Positions 51,315 to 61,012 of a stretch of DNA of 64,000 nucleotides are shown piece after piece. Location of the stretch: the IMG/VR virus record IMGVR_UViG_3300001533_002564, positions 40,189-104,188 of that record; one strand, given 5' to 3'. The notes under the pieces are model-generated. The model worked only from the letters and a program-made list of their open reading frames with translations. It ran no database searches and was not told the origin of the DNA. Position numbers and translations under genes: made by a program. The DNA is from a virus. Within the stretch, counting starts at the first letter, position 1; every line of letters starts with the position of its first letter.

Positions 51315-52121
51315 TTAACTATTTAATAATTGTCTTCTATGATTTTTTTCTTTTATATCAACATTATCAAAATACTCATTATATTTATCTTCAATGACAC
51401 TTATTAATGGATTTCTGATGTTTGTATCGGCTTCTGACATCTTGATAACACCTATCTTCGAAACGTCTTCAAATAGGCTTAAAAGTACTTCTAATGAACT
51501 TTCTTTTTTATTTCTAATATCAATTTGATTAGTATCTCCAAGTAATATTATTTTTGAATTATTACCGATTCTAGTAAGTAATGTTCTTGAATTATCTAAA
51601 CTTACATTTTGCATCTCATCAGCAATAATAATACAATCATCAAGACTAGCACCTCTAATATATGCTAAAGGACAAGGTCTGATAATTTCTTTTTCAATTA
51701 ATGACTTTATTGAACTTTCTAATACAAGTTTTTCCATATTAAGATAAAAACTCCACATTATAGGTTCTAATTTTTCTTTTAAATCACCTTTAAGAAAACC
51801 AACTTCTTCATTTTTTAATGTAGTAACTGATTTTACTAAATATATTTTTTTAAATCTATTATTTGCTTTTCTTAATAAACTTAAAGCATATGCCATTGCA
51901 ACATAGGTTTTACCAGTACCTGCTGGACCGGCAGCAATCGTAATTTCATTATTTTTTATAGATTTTATTAAATTTTTTTGACTTTCATTTTTTGATACAA
52001 TTTTAATATCTTTTGCTAATAATGAACTAACTTCTTTTTTTATTTTAGAAATTTCCATTTCACTATTAACAGAAATTATTTCTTCAAATTCTTTATCTTC
52101 TTTATATCTATCTCTACCCAT
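51315..52121 (-). CDS. phoH: PhoH-like ATPase
   Basis: GPAGTGKT, GFLKGDL.EK, LAYIRG.S, IIADEMQN, LLTRIG, GDTNQID; start placed at MGRD (52121). Confidence 0.92.
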   Translation of the reverse strand: MGRDRYKEDKEFEEIISVNSEMEISKIKKEVSSLLAKDIKIVSKNESQKNLIKSIKNNEITIAAGPAGTGKTYVAMAYALSLLRKANNRFKKIYLVKSVTTLKNEEVGFLKGDLKEKLEPIMWSFYLNMEKLVLESSIKSLIEKEIIRPCPLAYIRGASLDDCIIIADEMQNVSLDNSRTLLTRIGNNSKIILLGDTNQIDIRNKKESSLEVLLSLFEDVSKIGVIKMSEADTNIRNPLISVIEDKYNEYFDNVDIKEKNHRRQLLNS

Positions 52122-52277
52122 ATAATATTTAATGTTATTATTTAAATAATTTTTATAATTAAAACACATTCACATATATATGTTAATACGAAAAAAATAT
52201 TTTTTTCTTGAATTATGTATAAAAATTTTTTCATAGTATTTATGGAAAATGATAATAAAATATAAAATATTATAAAA

Positions 52278-53249
52278 ATGGAAAATAATCAAGTACCTTC
52301 AAAAGAACCAATTGGTGATTTATTAAAAAAATATAAACAAATGCATAATGACGGAACATTACCACCACCAGAATCAGTACAATCTGTACCGATTGATAAT
52401 GTACCAACAGAACCACCTGTGTCTGCACCCTTACCTTCATCATCAATTCCATCAGCAGCATCAACTTTTAATGCTGAAGAATATGAAAATATTATGAATA
52501 AAGAAACCGACCCAGATTTAATGACTTCATATGAAATAGTTAAATTACCATCAAAAGGATTATTTTATAAAAATAGAATTTCAGAAGTAAGTGTTGAATA
52601 CATGACATCTAAAGATGAAGATTTACTTACTACACCATCACTAATTGAAAATGGTACTGTTATAGATGTTTTATTAAAGAGAAAAATTAAAACAAAAGGT
52701 GTTGATATTAATAATTTACTTGCTGGTGATAGAAATGCTATAATATTATTTTTACGTAGTTCAAGTTATGGTTCAGAATATACTGTACAAGTACCTGACC
52801 CAAGAACAAATAAATCATTTAAAACAACTGTTGATTTACTTAAATTAAAATATAAAAAAGTTAATGAATTACCTGATGAAGAAGGACATTTTACAATAAA
52901 AATTCCAATGCGAAAGAAAACTGTTAAATTTAAATTATTAACTTCTGGTGAAGAAAACATTTTACTTAAACAAGCTGAAGCACATAAAGATGCTTATAAT
53001 CAAGAATTTAGTGAATACACCACTCTTAAATTAAAATCACATATAGTTAGTATTGATGGTAAAACTGACAGAACTTATATAAGTAAATTTGTTGATGCTA
53101 TGCCAGCAATGGATGCTTTAACTATTCGTACAAAAATATTAGATATAAGTCCTGATGTCGATATGAATTATGAATTTACAGCTAAAGACGGTTATAAATT
53201 TAATGCTGAATTATCTGTTGGTATAGATTTTTTTTTCCCAAACATCTAG
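52278..53249 (+). CDS. Tail/baseplate assembly chaperone (gp26-like)
   Basis: V.LPSKGLFY, YMT.KDEDLL, LL.GDRNAI..FLR..SYG..Y, ends DFFFP; precedes tape measure. Confidence 0.75.
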   Translation: MENNQVPSKEPIGDLLKKYKQMHNDGTLPPPESVQSVPIDNVPTEPPVSAPLPSSSIPSAASTFNAEEYENIMNKETDPDLMTSYEIVKLPSKGLFYKNRISEVSVEYMTSKDEDLLTTPSLIENGTVIDVLLKRKIKTKGVDINNLLAGDRNAIILFLRSSSYGSEYTVQVPDPRTNKSFKTTVDLLKLKYKKVNELPDEEGHFTIKIPMRKKTVKFKLLTSGEENILLKQAEAHKDAYNQEFSEYTTLKLKSHIVSIDGKTDRTYISKFVDAMPAMDALTIRTKILDISPDVDMNYEFTAKDGYKFNAELSVGIDFFFPNI

Positions 53250-53428
53250 CAGGTGAATATAAAAAAATGGTCGATGAAGAAATTTATATATTGACCAATC
53301 ATGCTAATTTTCAAGCAGAATATATTGAAAGAATTCCTATATATAGAAGAAGACATTTTTTATTTTTATTAAATAAAGAAAATGAAGAAATAGAAAAAAT
53401 AAGAGATAGAGAAAAAAATAAAAGATAA
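53228..53428 (+). CDS. -1 frame extension of the chaperone (or separate 53 aa gp51-like gene from ATG 53267)
   Basis: T9 run at 53228-53236 leads into an open -1 frame PKHLAGEYKKMVDEEIYIL...IPIYRRRHFL. Confidence 0.65.
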   Translation, partial: FFFPKHLAGEYKKMVDEEIYILTNHANFQAEYIERIPIYRRRHFLFLLNKENEEIEKIRDREKNKR

Positions 53429-53431
53429 AAA

Positions 53432-53478
53432 ATAAATACAAAAAACTGAGATAATAAAACTCAGTTTTTTGTATTTAT
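53432..53478. terminator. Perfect 19 bp inverted repeat whose arms include the late motif
   Basis: ataaatacaaaaaactgag-ataataaaa-ctcagttttttgtatttat. Confidence 0.75.
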
Positions 53479-53497
53479 ATTATAAACAAGAAATAAA

Positions 53498-56026
53498 ATG
53501 GCTGATAAAATAGATGCTAAATATTTACAAGAACTTTTAAAATATCAAAAGAAACTAAATAATTCAATGGGTAGTGCTATAAATATCCAAGATAAAATTA
53601 GAATAAATGAAGAATTAATTAGTAATGAAAAACGTATTCAAAATGAATATGAAAATGCATCTAAATTATCAAAAAAAGAAATATCTAATTTAACTAATGA
53701 TGAACAGAAATTATTAAATGATATTATTAATAAAGAAAAGTCCATTAATTCCGAATTAGATAAACAAATAAAAAGAAGACAGAATACTGTTAATTTAGCA
53801 AAACTATTAACTCAACAATTAAAAATAGGTTGGAAATATCTTCAAGACCAAGATAAAATAATTAAAAGTACTAATCTTAGTCTTGGTATGTCAGGAGCAA
53901 AAGCAGTTGCAATGCGTGATGCATTTGAAAAATCTGCTGGATACGTTACTAGATTAGGTGGAACAATAGGTGATATTCAAAGTGTTATGCAGGGATATGC
54001 CGATGAAACTGGTCGTGCTCGTGTAATGAGTGCTGAAATGGTTAAAGATATAACTAATATTGGAAAAGGTACTACACTTGGAATTGAAAACGCAACTAAA
54101 TTAGGAGCACAATTTGAATTAATGGGATATGATGCCAGAAGAACAATGGAATTTGTTCAAGGTGTTGTTGATACAACAGAAAGAATGGGTGTTAATACTA
54201 CAAAAGTACTTAAAGTAGTTAATGATAATTTTAAAAAATTAAATACATATACTTTTCAACAAGGTGTTAAAGGTTTTGCTGAAATGGCAAGCTATGCCGA
54301 AAAATTTAAAATTGATATTTCAGATGCACTTAATGCTGCTGATGTTGCACGTAGTCTTGAAGGTGCAATTGATTTAGCTGCACAACTACAGGTAATGGGT
54401 GGTGAATTTGCAAAAACAGACCCATTTGAAATGTTATTCCTTAGTCGTAATGACCCAGCAAAATTTACTGAAAAAATTGCTGATATGACTAAAGGTGTTG
54501 TTAGTTTTAGAAAAGTAACTGATAGTGCTGGAAAAACAGTATTTGAAAAATTTATTAGTCCTGCTGACCGTGATAGACTTGCTGCTGTTGCAAAATCATT
54601 AGGTATGGAAGCCAGTGCTTTAACTGAAATAGCACAAAGACAGGCTGAAATTCAAAAAATGCGTCAACAAATGAGTGGTTTAGGTTTATCTAAAGAACAA
54701 AAAGAAATTATTGAAGGCGCAGCACATTTTGATACAAAATCAGGTAAATTTCAAGTACAACTTGGTCAGACTATGCATAATATTGGTGAATTAACATCAA
54801 AACAAGCAGAAAAATTTAAAGTTGAACAAAAATTATTAGAAGAACGTGCTAAACAAGCAATGACATTTGACGAAACCTTTAAAGCAACAATTGAAACACT
54901 AAAAGCAAGTCTCTTACCATTATTAAAACAAGTAAATTGGTTACTTGACCATACAATCAAACCAATTGCTGACCTTGCATCAAAAGGTTGGGGTGTAGGT
55001 GGTGCTGCTGTTGCATTAATTAGTGCAGCACTTGTATGGAAAGGAGTAACTAATAAATTAGGAAATGTTGTTAGTAAATGGGTTCAAAATAGTGGTGGAA
55101 AAGGTATTGCTGGTGCTTTTGGTAAAGTCAATCGTGGTGGTAGTTTAACTGAAACATTATCTACTCAAGGAAGTGAATCAGGACTATTCGAACAACGAAA
55201 AGGTATTGGAATGGGTGCTGCTGCAAAAGGACAGGGTATGGAAAGTCTTGGTAAAGGTGTTGGTATTGGTGCTGCTGGAGCAGGTGTTGGTGCTGGTATT
55301 ATGATGGGAGCAAAAGGTATTGGTGAATTAGCTCAAGCAATTAAAAATGTTGATGTTGATAAATTAAAGGTAATGAATGGTACTATAGCAATATTAGGTG
55401 TAACAATGGTAGGAATATTAGTACCAGCAATCTTTGCAATGGGTGGTGCAGGTACTGCTGGTGCAGTAGGTTTACTTGCAGTAGGTGCAGCAGCAGTTGG
55501 AATTGGTTTCGGTATTAATCTTGCAACAAAAGGTATTGGTAAAATGAGTGAAGGTATTGCTAAAATGAATAAAACTGGTGGAGGTGCTGGTAAAGAATTA
55601 CTTGCTATTGCTGGTGGTATTGGTGCAATTACTGTTGCTATGGCTGGTGGTGGTATATTAGGTATTGCTATATTTAATAGACAATTGAAAAAAATGAATG
55701 AAAATATTGGTGGAATTCAAAAAATTGGTGCTGCATTTGCTAATATTGAAGCAGTATTATCTGGAAGTAAAGATGATTTTATTGCTGTTCAAAATGCAGT
55801 TACTGCAATTGGAAATACTAATATTAAAAGTGGTGGAATGTTTTCAGAATTAGCTAAATTATTAAAAAATCCACTTCAAGTAGAATTCAAAGATAAAAAT
55901 GTTGCCGTTGTTAGTAATATTACAATGGAAATTGATGGTAAAAAATTATTTAATCAATCATATAGTGTTTCTGGTGCAGTTCAAAAAGAACAAAATCTAA
56001 GACATAATAAAGGAGATTTATCATAA
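53498..56026 (+). CDS. Tail tape measure protein
   Basis: 842 aa helical protein with a G/A-rich hydrophobic C-half; follows the chaperone. Confidence 0.8.
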   Translation: MADKIDAKYLQELLKYQKKLNNSMGSAINIQDKIRINEELISNEKRIQNEYENASKLSKKEISNLTNDEQKLLNDIINKEKSINSELDKQIKRRQNTVNLAKLLTQQLKIGWKYLQDQDKIIKSTNLSLGMSGAKAVAMRDAFEKSAGYVTRLGGTIGDIQSVMQGYADETGRARVMSAEMVKDITNIGKGTTLGIENATKLGAQFELMGYDARRTMEFVQGVVDTTERMGVNTTKVLKVVNDNFKKLNTYTFQQGVKGFAEMASYAEKFKIDISDALNAADVARSLEGAIDLAAQLQVMGGEFAKTDPFEMLFLSRNDPAKFTEKIADMTKGVVSFRKVTDSAGKTVFEKFISPADRDRLAAVAKSLGMEASALTEIAQRQAEIQKMRQQMSGLGLSKEQKEIIEGAAHFDTKSGKFQVQLGQTMHNIGELTSKQAEKFKVEQKLLEERAKQAMTFDETFKATIETLKASLLPLLKQVNWLLDHTIKPIADLASKGWGVGGAAVALISAALVWKGVTNKLGNVVSKWVQNSGGKGIAGAFGKVNRGGSLTETLSTQGSESGLFEQRKGIGMGAAAKGQGMESLGKGVGIGAAGAGVGAGIMMGAKGIGELAQAIKNVDVDKLKVMNGTIAILGVTMVGILVPAIFAMGGAGTAGAVGLLAVGAAAVGIGFGINLATKGIGKMSEGIAKMNKTGGGAGKELLAIAGGIGAITVAMAGGGILGIAIFNRQLKKMNENIGGIQKIGAAFANIEAVLSGSKDDFIAVQNAVTAIGNTNIKSGGMFSELAKLLKNPLQVEFKDKNVAVVSNITMEIDGKKLFNQSYSVSGAVQKEQNLRHNKGDLS

Positions 56027-56060
56027 TTAAAAATATTTTTTAATAATATTATAAAAATAC

Positions 56061-56091
56061 TTGTTTCTTAATTTATTTTTTTATAACTTTG
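56061..56091 (+). promoter_or_regulatory. Bacteroidota promoter TTG-N20-TAACTTTG in a non-coding gap
   Basis: Consensus match; no ORF follows for about 310 nt. Confidence 0.5.
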
Positions 56092-56404
56092 ACAAGTTTT
56101 TCAAATATTCAAAACTCTTACTTCGTCTCTTCGAAACAAAGTACAAAGATTATAAGTTTATCTTTAAATTCTTCGAATATAAATAAAACTTAATATTAAG
56201 GGATAACTATATTTATTTCTAAACGAAATAAATTAAATAATCTAGTGTTATTATTTAATAAATTAACTTAATTTTATTTAACATTATCCAAAAATTTTTT
56301 AATCGTAAGATATATTATCACGTTTTTCAGTTGACATAGTTTTTGGCAAGGTAAAAATATACATTATAAAATTATTATACAAGTATTTATTAAAAAACTT
56401 TTAA

Positions 56405-59400
56405 ATGTCAAGATTATTAGATGGAAATATTGAGTATAACGGTAGAACAATTTCTATTGAAGAATATCGTGAAAAAATATCTGCACGTAGTTTATATAGT
56501 ATTGATAATGAATATGAAAATACTAATTTATTTTCATTAAATAATAAAGGTAATGTTGCAAGTAGTATTTCCACAGTATTAAATGTAATTCCACAATATA
56601 ATAGAATGCAAGTTAATACCAATTTATTAGGTAATACATTTGATGTATTAAGAGATGATGGTTCAGCATTAGCCAAAATAGGTTTAATCATGTTAGGTAA
56701 ACATATGGCATATAATTCAGCAATGAATTTATCTGTTAAATATATTCCTAGTGTTGATTTATCTCAAGCACTTAAAGGTAATCTTAAAGATGTTTTTACT
56801 ATTAATCATAATAATACTATTACTGTAAAAGATTCTGATAATAATACTTTTTTAGATAATGTCGGAAATACTGCAAGTAATATTTTAGGTATTGATACTT
56901 ATGATGTATTTGGTAATGCAAATCCATTTTCAAAAAATCCAAGTAATATTGATTATTTAGAAAATACAGGAAAAGCACAATTATCACGTTTTTTAGGTGC
57001 AGTAAGTTTAAATATTTATAAACCATTAAATAATCTCACTAATTCACAATATTCTCAAGTATTAACAGAGAAAATGAATACGGTAGGTCCTAAACTACTT
57101 TCATCTGCAAAAACAATATTTTCTGATAATAATTCTGGTCAATATAGACCAATTTTTAATTTTGATGATAATAAAGCACATCCTTATTTTAATAGATTTT
57201 TATCATTTAAATTAAGTATTGCTAATGTTGAAGCAAGTGAAAATATGATTTTAAGTTATAGTGTTACTGGCGATACTGTACAAGAATATGCACCTACTTC
57301 TGAATATATTAGATTTAACTTTGGTGATACTACAAAAAAAAGACCTGAAGATGATATTAATGAAATCGTTAAGGATATTTCAAATTTTAGTGGCGAAGAT
57401 TTAAATAATCAAATTGTTTGGGGTCGTGATGGTGTTGGTGATGAAGCTAAAAATTATATTAATAATTTAAGAGGTAATAATGACTCGGCTGATAATCATC
57501 CTGATAGTAATATTTTTAATACTAATAATATACGAAAAGGTATATTAGAATATACAAGAAATCTTTTAAATGCTAGTGAAGGTAATTTTGTTGACATGAC
57601 GAGAAAAGTATTTAAAAATGGTAATCATATTATTGGTTTTAATGGTTCACCATTATGGACAGGTAATAATTCTGAATATTCAAGTGGTAGTAGAAATGAT
57701 GGTAAAACTGGTATAAGACAACATACAATATTAGACCCATATGATAAAGTAAGTAAATTAATAAGATTTAAAGGAAATACTGTATATAATAATGATAGCG
57801 GAAATAAATATTCTGTAATATATAAAAATGTTTTACCAAGAATTCATCCAACAGATGATGAAAATAGTAATAAAAACTTAATGTTTAGTCTTGAAAATCT
57901 TGCAATTGGAACAATTAGAAGAGATAGATTTGGTATTATTGATGATGAATTTGGAACACCAATTCCATTAAGTGAAGTAGGACAATTTGGTGGACGTAAA
58001 ATGTGGTTTCCACCATATAATATTCAACTTAATGAAGTATCTACTGCTAAATATGAGTCAACTGTGATGGTTGGTAGAAATGAACCAATGTATAATTATC
58101 AGAACTCTGAAAGAAGTGCAGTACTTAGTTTTTCATTATTAGTTGATTATCCCGAACAATTAAGAAATTTAATTGGTAAAAATAAAAATAAAGAAATTGC
58201 TGATTTTTTTGCTTTTGGTGGTGATAAATTACCATTAGAATCAGATTTACAACAAATTGAGAAAAAAATTGATAAATTAAAAAAACAATTGGACGATGAT
58301 AGTCCAACAGAACCAAGTGATTTATCTTCAAAATCAGATAAATCTGTAAATATTTATTTTCAAAACAATAAACCAGCAAAAGGTGAAGAATCAGTAGTTA
58401 TTCAAACAATGTATGATAACCCAAATCATTATGAAATTATTGAAGGTTTATTATCTGCTAATGATGAAAATGGTTTTGGACTTAATAATGATATTTATTA
58501 TGTTCAAGGTGTAGTTGAAAAATCTAATAGTATAAATGCTAATGATAAATATATATTAATTGGTGGTGTTAATCAATATGATAAAGGAATTAATGATAAT
58601 TTTGGTAATGTTAATAGATTAACTGAATATTTAAAAGATTTTTTTGATGACGAAGATAATAGAAAATATTATAATATAACTATTTCGGGTTATGCATCAA
58701 AATTATTTTTAGTCGAAGGTGGATCAACATACAATAAAAAAATTGCTGAAAGACGTATTAATGCAGCAATTGTGTTAATAAAAGCAAGATTAACTGCTTT
58801 ATATGATGCAACTGTTGCTAATGATATTATTAATAATAATATACAAACAATTAATTATGGTGATAGTCGTGCCAATCCTATATCAGCAGACCCTAAAAAT
58901 ATTCATGATAAAGAAGTAAAAGAAGAAAGAAGAGTAACTATAAAATTTGCTAGAAATAGTGTACCAGTTGATAAAAAAGAACAATTAAAATCAGCAAGTG
59001 ATATAGAAAGAGAAGAGAAAATAAAAAAAGAAATTAATATTCTTGAAAATGAACGTAAAATTATTGAAAATGATATTAAAGAAAATATTTTTAAAGAAAG
59101 AGATGAAGTTATTTTAAATAGTTTTGAATCAATAAGTAAAAATAAATATTATCCAGTATTTCATTCACAAACACCTGAAGATTTTCATAGAAGATTAACA
59201 TTTTTACAACAATGTACAAGACAAGGTGCTGCAAAACGATATGATGTTGTTGATGAAAACGGTGTTTTAAGAGCTAAAAATTCTGTTTTTGGTAAACAAC
59301 CAATATGTATTTTAAGAGTTGGTGATTTTTTTAATACTAAAGTTATTATTGAAAGCGTTACTATTGATTATAATGATACTACTTGGGATTTAAATCCTGA

Positions 59401-59683
59401 AGGATTTGGATTACAACCAATGATTGCAAATATAACATTACAAATGAAATTAATTGGTGGTCAATCATTGAAAGCACCAATTGACGCACTTCAAAATGCA
59501 GTTAGTTTTAATTATTATGCTAATTCAACATTTACTGATAGAGGTGTTTATAAAGCTGCAACAGAAGTAGCAAATGATAATTATTCTTATTTAAAAGGTG
59601 TTGTTATTAAAGAAAAAAATGAAAAATTAAATGCTGCATATGAAACATTAATTAATGATAAAGTAAAGGAAGGAGATGAATAA
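56405..59683 (+). CDS. Baseplate/tail-tube-initiator-like virion protein with inserted OmpA-like domain
   Basis: MWFPPY..., GRNEP.YNYQN.ER, PICILRVGDF..TKVII; internal ITISGYAS..YN..IAERR..TINYGD..RRVTI. Confidence 0.6.
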   Translation: MSRLLDGNIEYNGRTISIEEYREKISARSLYSIDNEYENTNLFSLNNKGNVASSISTVLNVIPQYNRMQVNTNLLGNTFDVLRDDGSALAKIGLIMLGKHMAYNSAMNLSVKYIPSVDLSQALKGNLKDVFTINHNNTITVKDSDNNTFLDNVGNTASNILGIDTYDVFGNANPFSKNPSNIDYLENTGKAQLSRFLGAVSLNIYKPLNNLTNSQYSQVLTEKMNTVGPKLLSSAKTIFSDNNSGQYRPIFNFDDNKAHPYFNRFLSFKLSIANVEASENMILSYSVTGDTVQEYAPTSEYIRFNFGDTTKKRPEDDINEIVKDISNFSGEDLNNQIVWGRDGVGDEAKNYINNLRGNNDSADNHPDSNIFNTNNIRKGILEYTRNLLNASEGNFVDMTRKVFKNGNHIIGFNGSPLWTGNNSEYSSGSRNDGKTGIRQHTILDPYDKVSKLIRFKGNTVYNNDSGNKYSVIYKNVLPRIHPTDDENSNKNLMFSLENLAIGTIRRDRFGIIDDEFGTPIPLSEVGQFGGRKMWFPPYNIQLNEVSTAKYESTVMVGRNEPMYNYQNSERSAVLSFSLLVDYPEQLRNLIGKNKNKEIADFFAFGGDKLPLESDLQQIEKKIDKLKKQLDDDSPTEPSDLSSKSDKSVNIYFQNNKPAKGEESVVIQTMYDNPNHYEIIEGLLSANDENGFGLNNDIYYVQGVVEKSNSINANDKYILIGGVNQYDKGINDNFGNVNRLTEYLKDFFDDEDNRKYYNITISGYASKLFLVEGGSTYNKKIAERRINAAIVLIKARLTALYDATVANDIINNNIQTINYGDSRANPISADPKNIHDKEVKEERRVTIKFARNSVPVDKKEQLKSASDIEREEKIKKEINILENERKIIENDIKENIFKERDEVILNSFESISKNKYYPVFHSQTPEDFHRRLTFLQQCTRQGAAKRYDVVDENGVLRAKNSVFGKQPICILRVGDFFNTKVIIESVTIDYNDTTWDLNPEGFGLQPMIANITLQMKLIGGQSLKAPIDALQNAVSFNYYANSTFTDRGVYKAATEVANDNYSYLKGVVIKEKNEKLNAAYETLINDKVKEGDE

Positions 59684-59994
59684 TGCCATATAGAGATTAT
59701 AATAGATATGAAATATTAAAAAATAGTAATGGTACAACCGATGCAATGCCATTTATTAATTTACCTGTGAATACAAGTGATAAATATGAATATTGGAATT
59801 TGGGTTTTAGTAGAATGGATAAAATCGCTCAAAAATATTACGGAAATCCATTTTATGATTTTCTAATTTTATATGCAAACAAAATTTATTTAAATGAATT
59901 TGATATACCTGATAGCGCACTTATTCGTATACCATTTCCTTTAAACAAAGCTAAAGCAGATTATGAAGCACTTCTAACTAACTTTAAAAAATAA
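59683..59994 (+). CDS. Baseplate wedge LysM-like protein (gp53-like)
   Basis: RMDKIAQKYYGNP....LIL.AN...IP....IRIP. Confidence 0.75.
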   Translation: MPYRDYNRYEILKNSNGTTDAMPFINLPVNTSDKYEYWNLGFSRMDKIAQKYYGNPFYDFLILYANKIYLNEFDIPDSALIRIPFPLNKAKADYEALLTNFKK

Positions 59995-59999
59995 ATTCC

Positions 60000-60030
60000 T
60001 TGTATTTCTCATAATAAATTATTAGGTTTG
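60000..60030 (+). promoter_or_regulatory. Bacteroidota promoter TTG-N20-TAGGTTTG
   Basis: Upstream of the Bro-N gene. Confidence 0.6.
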
Positions 60031-60061
60031 CAGTTACACAAATTGTAAATATGATAATATC

Positions 60062-60859
60062 ATGAAATTTAATGAAATTGTACATCAATTCCAACACAAT
60101 GTTTTTGGAAATCTTACAACAATAAGGAGTTTTAAAGATAAAAATAAAATTTGGTTTCTTGGTGCAGAAGTTCAAAAGTTTATTGGTCACAGTAATTTAA
60201 CACAAGCAATTAAAGATGCAAATTTAAATTTTGATGAATTTTTTAAATTTAAAAAACTATCTAATCCTCAGTTCTTTACAGAGGTGACTAAGCAGTCCTT
60301 AGTCGGCTATGGAAAGTATTCATCATCAATTACTTTCATTTCAGAGAGTGGACTTTATAAACTAATCCTTCGTTCAAATAAACCTGAAGCACAAAAATTC
60401 GCAGATTGGATAACTAGAGAAATTCTCCCTAAATTAAGACAAGCAGTTGAAGAAGATTTAGTATTTAAAAATACTTCTGTTGAAATTAGCAGACATCTTG
60501 ATATCTTACATCAAAAGCAAGAATCAAAAAATATTAATGGGTTTAATTTTCGAACTGGCGGTGTAAATAAAGCAGTAAAATATAATCGAAATAGTTGTTT
60601 AGACCATTCAGGACAAACACCTAGTGAATAAAAAAAATGGGCAGAAGAAAATGGTATACCTTCATCAAAAAGAACGTCAGGTAAAAAAGTTTTAAGATTA
60701 GTGAATATGCCTGTAGCAGCATCAATGTCATTAACTGATAGTTTGGTTTCAAATGGTATTTCATATGAAAAAGCATTACCAATAAGTAAATGTGCTGGAA
60801 AAGAATTATTTAAACAATTAATTGAAATAGGTGTAAAATCTAAAGAATTAGAATTATGA
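60062..60859 (+). pseudogene. Bro-N (antirepressor-like) DNA-binding protein with in-frame TAA at 60629
   Basis: FISESGLYKLILRSNKPEAQKFADWITREILP; frame continues 75 codons past the TAA to a TGA overlapping the next ATG. Confidence 0.75.
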
Positions 60860-60987
60860 AAAATAACATCGTAGTAATATTTTCTTCACATCTGAGCGAA
60901 GAAGAAAACCAAAAATTCATAAAACATATTGATAATACAATTGGTGTTAAACATAAAGTAGTTTGTTATCCTAATTTTAATAATTAA
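60856..60987 (+). pseudogene. Relic original 5' end (43 aa) of the downstream glycosyltransferase
   Basis: MKNNIVVIFSSHLSEEENQKFIKHIDNTIGVKHKVVCYPNFNN*; 30/42 identical to the N-terminus of 62016..63644. Confidence 0.9.
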
Positions 60988-61012
60988 GTATTTATATAAA
61001 AAATACTATAAA

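Larger units (their letters stand above)
551..60995. promoter_or_regulatory. Recurrent late-promoter motif (G/C)TATTTAT on the sense strand
   Basis: Plus strand: 551, 1177, 2439, 4920, 4956, 6979, 7026, 13443, 14050, 14876, 24215, 31392, 37540, 40963, 52236, 53471, 56383, 60988. Minus strand: 13388, 26985, 28956, 30684, 34603, 37336, 47061. Confidence 0.8.

Noticed and set aside
40596-60631. Stop-codon reassignment (alternative genetic code) to explain in-frame stops
   Set aside because: TAA ends most genes, and TAG/TGA end genes at coupled overlaps. Core genes have no internal stops, and the interrupted positions imply different amino acids.
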